Assembly (NCBI GenBank): GCA_034669905.1
Contig: JAXMOL010000007.1
Coordinates: forward strand, 64,001-128,000
Reading direction: 5' to 3'
DNA from: Candidatus Hydrogenedentota bacterium
Lineage (GTDB): Bacteria > Hydrogenedentota > Hydrogenedentia > Hydrogenedentales > JAEUWI01
DNA: 64,000 bases
Under the pieces are notes generated by a model that worked only from the letters and a program-made list of their open reading frames with translations, ran no database searches and had not been told where the DNA came from. Both the position numbers and the translations under genes were made by a program. Below, piece after piece: positions 59,665 through 64,000 of this stretch; position 1 is the stretch's first letter; every line of letters starts with the position of its first letter.

Positions 59665-61089
59665 TCAAGGTTGGCGTTCTCTCTCTGCCCGGACCGATCG
59701 AATCAGGATGCCAGACGTCGCAAGGCACACGAGCAGTAACGTTAATACGGCGAATCCAAAGTGGTGCGCCCACATGATTGTCGAAAAGGCCCCTCCCACG
59801 CAAATCAGATAGGTCGGCAGGGAGCGGTCTTCTCGCCAGGAAAGCTTGGCCACCCGAAGTGAAATGAACAGGGTGTATCCGCAGAAAAAGAAGTTGGAAA
59901 TGAACAGGGCCACCGCGGCACCCCAAATGCCGTAAAGCGGGATGAGCCAGAAATTAAAGGCAATGCTGACAATCGCACCGACAAATGAGGCATTGGCGAT
60001 ATAGTGCGTACGTTCGTTGGCAACCAATCGAAAGTTGCTCTGAATATAGATGGGACGGAGCAGAATGGTGCCCATGACCATAGACAATATGGGCAAGGCC
60101 CGGTGGTAGTCCTCTGGCAGATATCCGGTTATGAAGGGGAAGACGAGCAGGAGCAGGGCCCCGCCGGCTGCCGCAATAGATACGCACAGGTTGGTGTACA
60201 AGGCCAGCCAAAACTCACACTTCTGCTTGTCATCCGAATGACTGTAGATCCGAGGCTCGAAATACGTCGCCAGAGACGCGTAGACAAGATAGATTCCACC
60301 GCCGATTGTGAAGGCAAAGGTAAAGACGCCCACATCCTCGGTCGTGCTATAGGCTTCCAGAAAGAAACGGCTGAAGTAGGTAAGGACGTTTCCACTGGCC
60401 ACGTGGAACACGAAAGGCCAGCCAAAGAGTAAGAGCTTACGAACCACCGCGGACTCGGACGGGGTGGAGGCCGTGCGACGCAGGAGTGGAATGTTAAAGA
60501 GCATCATACCCACTGCGGCAATACCAAATCCGGCCACATAGGCAAGACTGTTTCCGATGTACACCGCGAGAAGTAGCACAAAGACGAACTTCAGGCCCAC
60601 ATACCAAAGGCGGAACTTCAGGAAGTTGCCCAGGTCATTTTCTGAGCGACTCACGCAGACGCAGAGCATGTTGAGATTAAAGAGCGCAATGATAACGCTC
60701 ATCAGGAACAGGTGGGGTGCCACGGGAATGCCAAAGAAGGTTTCCCAGCCCGCCAGGTAAAGGATGAGAACGATGAGCGAGGGAATCCAGGCAACAATCG
60801 CCCATAGAACGAGTACCGACCGTAAGAACGGGCTGGGGCTCTCCTCATTGGCGTAAAAGCGGAGTATGGCACGATCGAGCCCCACCATAGACACACTCGA
60901 TACGAGTACCTCAATGGAGACGAGGAGGCCGACGCGACCGTATTCCTCCGTCGACTGGAGAAAGAGGGGCAGCACCACCAACAAGCCCCAGTTAATTCCC
61001 CGGGACAATCCTTCCGCGGCGCCAAAGGATAAAATCTGATGGGCGGTACCCCGGCCTCGGCCTGGCCAAAGCTTTTTAAGCGCGTTCAC
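59665..61089 (-). CDS. wzx: Polysaccharide flippase (MOP family)
   Basis: 12-14 TMs; EEYG, GLD.AILRFY, LLFGWP, VGVF, LIPLYGIWGAA. Confidence 0.85.
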   Translation of the reverse strand: MNALKKLWPGRGRGTAHQILSFGAAEGLSRGINWGLLVVLPLFLQSTEEYGRVGLLVSIEVLVSSVSMVGLDRAILRFYANEESPSPFLRSVLVLWAIVAWIPSLIVLILYLAGWETFFGIPVAPHLFLMSVIIALFNLNMLCVCVSRSENDLGNFLKFRLWYVGLKFVFVLLLAVYIGNSLAYVAGFGIAAVGMMLFNIPLLRRTASTPSESAVVRKLLLFGWPFVFHVASGNVLTYFSRFFLEAYSTTEDVGVFTFAFTIGGGIYLVYASLATYFEPRIYSHSDDKQKCEFWLALYTNLCVSIAAAGGALLLLVFPFITGYLPEDYHRALPILSMVMGTILLRPIYIQSNFRLVANERTHYIANASFVGAIVSIAFNFWLIPLYGIWGAAVALFISNFFFCGYTLFISLRVAKLSWREDRSLPTYLICVGGAFSTIMWAHHFGFAVLTLLLVCLATSGILIRSVRAERERQP

Positions 61090-61179
61090 GAGAAACCAAC
61101 ACCTTCACAGCCGACAACCATTCAAGCCTGAACAGCACCGCATTCATATGCGGCGTGATTCGGCGGAAGGCTGTTTCCC

Positions 61180-62607
61180 TTAGAGAGACGCTTGCCAACC
61201 CAGTCGCAAAAAGTCAGGGCTCAGTTCCATCCAGCCGGAATCGGGGTCGTTGTACATCAGGTTGATGGACATTTCGTAGGGTACGTCCGCGGCCTGCGCC
61301 TGGAAACGGACTACGATGATTTCGCCAGGGGTCCAACTGGAGGTGGGAGGGGTGGGTTTGAATCCCCACTTCTGGAGTTGGCTGGGTTTTCCATTGCGTT
61401 CTGGAATCTTACTGACGTGGGACTTATCCACAACGCCGTGAACGTAAATATGAAAATCTTTTTCCAGCGGCGCGCTGGTTCGGAAGGCCATGGTCCATTC
61501 GTACTGGTTTCCACCAAACAAAGCGTACTTGAAGCCCAGCAATTCAACCTCATCGCTCAGCGCCATTGGATACCCTTCCTGGGCGTCCATTTTCGCTTTC
61601 AGGGCCGCTTCCACGCGGGCGATTTCCGTGCTGTCTGATGCCGCATCCGCCTTGAGCGCACCGAGCTTTTCCGCCAACGAAAACAAGTCGTCCAGGCCGG
61701 GCGTGGTCTGGGCGAGTTCGCCGATAGCGGAAGCCGGAAGCGCACTCGGGAGAATATTCAATTCGTCCATGCTTCCCTTGCTGCCGCGGCCTGCTGGCGA
61801 GATCTTGACGGCCTGACCAGCGCCCAGCGCCTCGTTGGCGGTCGGGTCGGTATATTCGGCCTGAAGTGCACCATCGAAATAAACCCGCAGGGTCGCATCT
61901 TCACGTTGGAAGGCGTAGTGATGCCAATCCACGACGTTCTCGGCGAGACGTATGGGGTGGGACAAGATCGGCGCCGGGTTGCCGGGGACATAAAAATTCA
62001 GGTAGACCCGACGGTCTGTGCCATCGGAATTGCCGCGTTGATAGAGCCCAAACCCACCGTCTTTACCCGTGAAGTTGCTTACGATGGTCTGATATCCGTC
62101 GGGAAAGGGAAGATGCTCGCTGCGCCACCAAAAGGAAACCGTAAAATCCTGCCCAGCGGCAAAGGCGGCACCCACATCGGTTGCAGGTATCGTGATAGCG
62201 TCATCGACGCCGTCAAATGACAAGGCGTTCTCAACCACCCCCGGTACGCTGTGGGCGGTTGTGTGGGCGGTTCCGGTTTCGTCCAGGAATACCTGGTGAT
62301 GTGCGTAGTCCGACCGGTCCACTACCGCCGTATCCGCATTCTTGTCGTCCATGGCAAGATGCAGTATCGGGAGAGTCGGATCGCCAATGGCGGTAGCCGG
62401 TTCCTGCGCCACGGGCTTTTCAGCGACAGGCGCGGCTTTTTCTGCGGCAGGTTCCGCAGTCGCAGGGGCTATCGGGGTCACCGCAGCGGAGGGACGGGGC
62501 GTCTCCTCGGACTTTTTTTCACAACTGCTGAGCAATGCGCCTGCACAAAGAGCCAAGGCGGAACAAGTTACAATTCCCAAGGGCTTCCAATTTGAAGACG
62601 TAGTCAT
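61180..62607 (-). CDS. Lipoprotein with Pro/Ala linker, LamG domain and C-terminal Ig-like domain
   Basis: Lipobox ALLSSC; ALSFDGVDD, FTVSFWW, WHHYAFQR; C-terminal YVHG...PTSSWTPGEII. Confidence 0.75.
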   Translation of the reverse strand: MTTSSNWKPLGIVTCSALALCAGALLSSCEKKSEETPRPSAAVTPIAPATAEPAAEKAAPVAEKPVAQEPATAIGDPTLPILHLAMDDKNADTAVVDRSDYAHHQVFLDETGTAHTTAHSVPGVVENALSFDGVDDAITIPATDVGAAFAAGQDFTVSFWWRSEHLPFPDGYQTIVSNFTGKDGGFGLYQRGNSDGTDRRVYLNFYVPGNPAPILSHPIRLAENVVDWHHYAFQREDATLRVYFDGALQAEYTDPTANEALGAGQAVKISPAGRGSKGSMDELNILPSALPASAIGELAQTTPGLDDLFSLAEKLGALKADAASDSTEIARVEAALKAKMDAQEGYPMALSDEVELLGFKYALFGGNQYEWTMAFRTSAPLEKDFHIYVHGVVDKSHVSKIPERNGKPSQLQKWGFKPTPPTSSWTPGEIIVVRFQAQAADVPYEMSINLMYNDPDSGWMELSPDFLRLGWQASL

Positions 62608-62713
62608 ACTTTTCTGCAGTCCTTCTAGACGATGATAGGGTAAGGGGCGTGAATGGGGAACGGGTATCCAAGACGATACTCCCCGCCCAATTTGCCCGCG
62701 ATCATACCCCAAC

Positions 62714-64000
62714 TCAAGGGCGTGATGCCAATAATACGATTTCTGATTCAGACAAGGCCCGCGCGTAGAGGCGGAAGTCATCGAAGGCGCCCGGCGCGCC
62801 CGGCGTGGTCGATCCCAGTAGTAGATGCTCCCCGGCTCCGAGGCGTTGGGTCGCTGACCCATCGGTGTACGTCTTCAGGATCTTGCCATCACGCCATGCC
62901 CGCAGCGTGGTGCCCTCCCGCTGAAACACGTAGTGGTGCCATGTCCCCATGTTTTCTGGCCCATCCGTGGCCGCGGCGAGTACCGGGGGACCCTCTCCCG
63001 GAAGGTAAAAGTTCAAATAAATGCGCTGAGACGTCCCTGCGCTGTTGCCCCGTTGGAAGAGGATGAGACCACCACGTACCTCGCTACGGTTTCGGAGGAT
63101 GGCCCGATAGCCGTCGGGAAAGGGGTCACTATCACTTCGCCACCAGAATGCCATTGTGAAATCGGCATTCTCGGCAAAGAAGTGCGCGACCTGCTCTTTC
63201 GGGATTTGGATGGCGTCGTCCATGCCGTCGAAGGCCAATGCCCCACCAATTACGCCGGGGATTGCGTGCCTGGACGTGTGGGGATTTCCACTGGCATCCA
63301 GAAAAGTCTGGCCCAGCTCTTCGCGCTTTGCCTCCGCCACGAGCGCCGACGGGGTGTTGTCATCGAGCGGCAGGTGCAGCATCGCGGCCGGAGAAGTTGC
63401 GGCCAGGCCCTTTTCCGACGCGTCCAGGCCCAAGGCCCCCCGCACCGCCGGAGCTAGCGTATCGGCAATGATGCCATAACCCGCGGGGAACGGGTGCCCA
63501 TCGGGAGAATCAAAACGGTAAATCCGCTCCGGCGTCAGGGCCGCCTGTTGAAGCGGCGTCAGGATATCGACGTATCGGCTTTCGGGCAGGGAGTCCAGCA
63601 ATGCGGCCAGGCTATCGATTCGTTGCTGTTCCAGGCGGACGAGATCGCGATAGGCCTGGGGGGCATCGAGGCCATCCCGTGCCACTTTCTTTTGGTACAC
63701 CAGTTCGTGGGTGGGGATGATGGTGTAGACAATAGCGACGTTGTGCTGGGCGGCGAGGGCGCTGATTCGGCGGGATATTTCGCCCATAATGGCGTAGCCG
63801 GCATCGACGACAGGATTCTCGGCATTGACCAGGAGGCGTCGCTCGGCGGTGAATACATGGGTGGTCTCATCCGCAAACGTGGTTTCCCAGTGTGCCAGGT
63901 TATCAAGTGGGGGAAGGTCATCCTGCGAAAGGCTATCGTCGGGAATCAGGTCGTGGAAGTAGGGGTTGGCATAGACGAGCCGGAAGGCTTCCAGGGCGTC
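62714..64000 (-). CDS. SGNH-hydrolase-like + LamG fusion protein; 5' end lies beyond the window
   Basis: Frame hand-checked open from 63787 to 64000 (DALEAFRLVY...). IIPTHE and DGHP..AGY motifs, followed by a LamG domain. Confidence 0.75.
   Translation of the reverse strand, partial: DALEAFRLVYANPYFHDLIPDDSLSQDDLPPLDNLAHWETTFADETTHVFTAERRLLVNAENPVVDAGYAIMGEISRRISALAAQHNVAIVYTIIPTHELVYQKKVARDGLDAPQAYRDLVRLEQQRIDSLAALLDSLPESRYVDILTPLQQAALTPERIYRFDSPDGHPFPAGYGIIADTLAPAVRGALGLDASEKGLAATSPAAMLHLPLDDNTPSALVAEAKREELGQTFLDASGNPHTSRHAIPGVIGGALAFDGMDDAIQIPKEQVAHFFAENADFTMAFWWRSDSDPFPDGYRAILRNRSEVRGGLILFQRGNSAGTSQRIYLNFYLPGEGPPVLAAATDGPENMGTWHHYVFQREGTTLRAWRDGKILKTYTDGSATQRLGAGEHLLLGSTTPGAPGAFDDFRLYARALSESEIVLLASRP

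Overview
High-GC bacterial chromosomal window. The lineage is probably Candidatus Hydrogenedentes (Hydrogenedentota). This is an inference from poly-(Gly-Glu) linkers in surface proteins together with DUF5011, DUF4838 and planctomycete-type PSD1/DUF1501 genes. From left to right: (1) two large secreted Ig/beta-propeller surface proteins; (2) a tandem pair of neutral-ceramidase-like hydrolases; (3) a housekeeping stretch with a DUF900 lipoprotein, Hpt, DUF151 nuclease, MutY-Nudix, K+ channel, glycerate kinase, metallophosphoesterase, YhhN, a DUF4160/DUF2442 pair whose DUF4160 carries a nonsense codon, ruvC, and sigma54-driven amtB plus P-II; (4) a 129-aa PD-(D/E)XK nuclease translationally coupled to a Dam-family methyltransferase; (5) REC-GAF-HD-GYP, argH and two hydrolases; (6) a PSD1/cytochrome c (DUF1549/DUF1553) - DUF1501 pair split by two AT-richer DUF6985-like paralogs; (7) DUF4838-PA14 and LamG/GH42-like proteins; (8) a roughly 24-kb minus-strand Wzx/Wzy polysaccharide locus with wecB, wecC, a bi-domain oxidoreductase, a heparinase II/III-like protein, SGNH proteins, LamG proteins and an O-antigen-ligase-like protein. 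I saw no rRNA, tRNA, CRISPR array, integrase or transposase. Best novelty candidates: the minimal nuclease-Dam pair; a Cys-x-LGDLFLL-TM C-terminal sorting signal after (GE)n linkers; a family of 9-nt/7-nt periodic repeat elements placed just after stop codons; the DUF6985 insertion; a structured amtB leader; and a cytoplasmic heparinase-fold protein inside a ManNAcA pathway. All family assignments come from motif recognition by eye; no searches were run.
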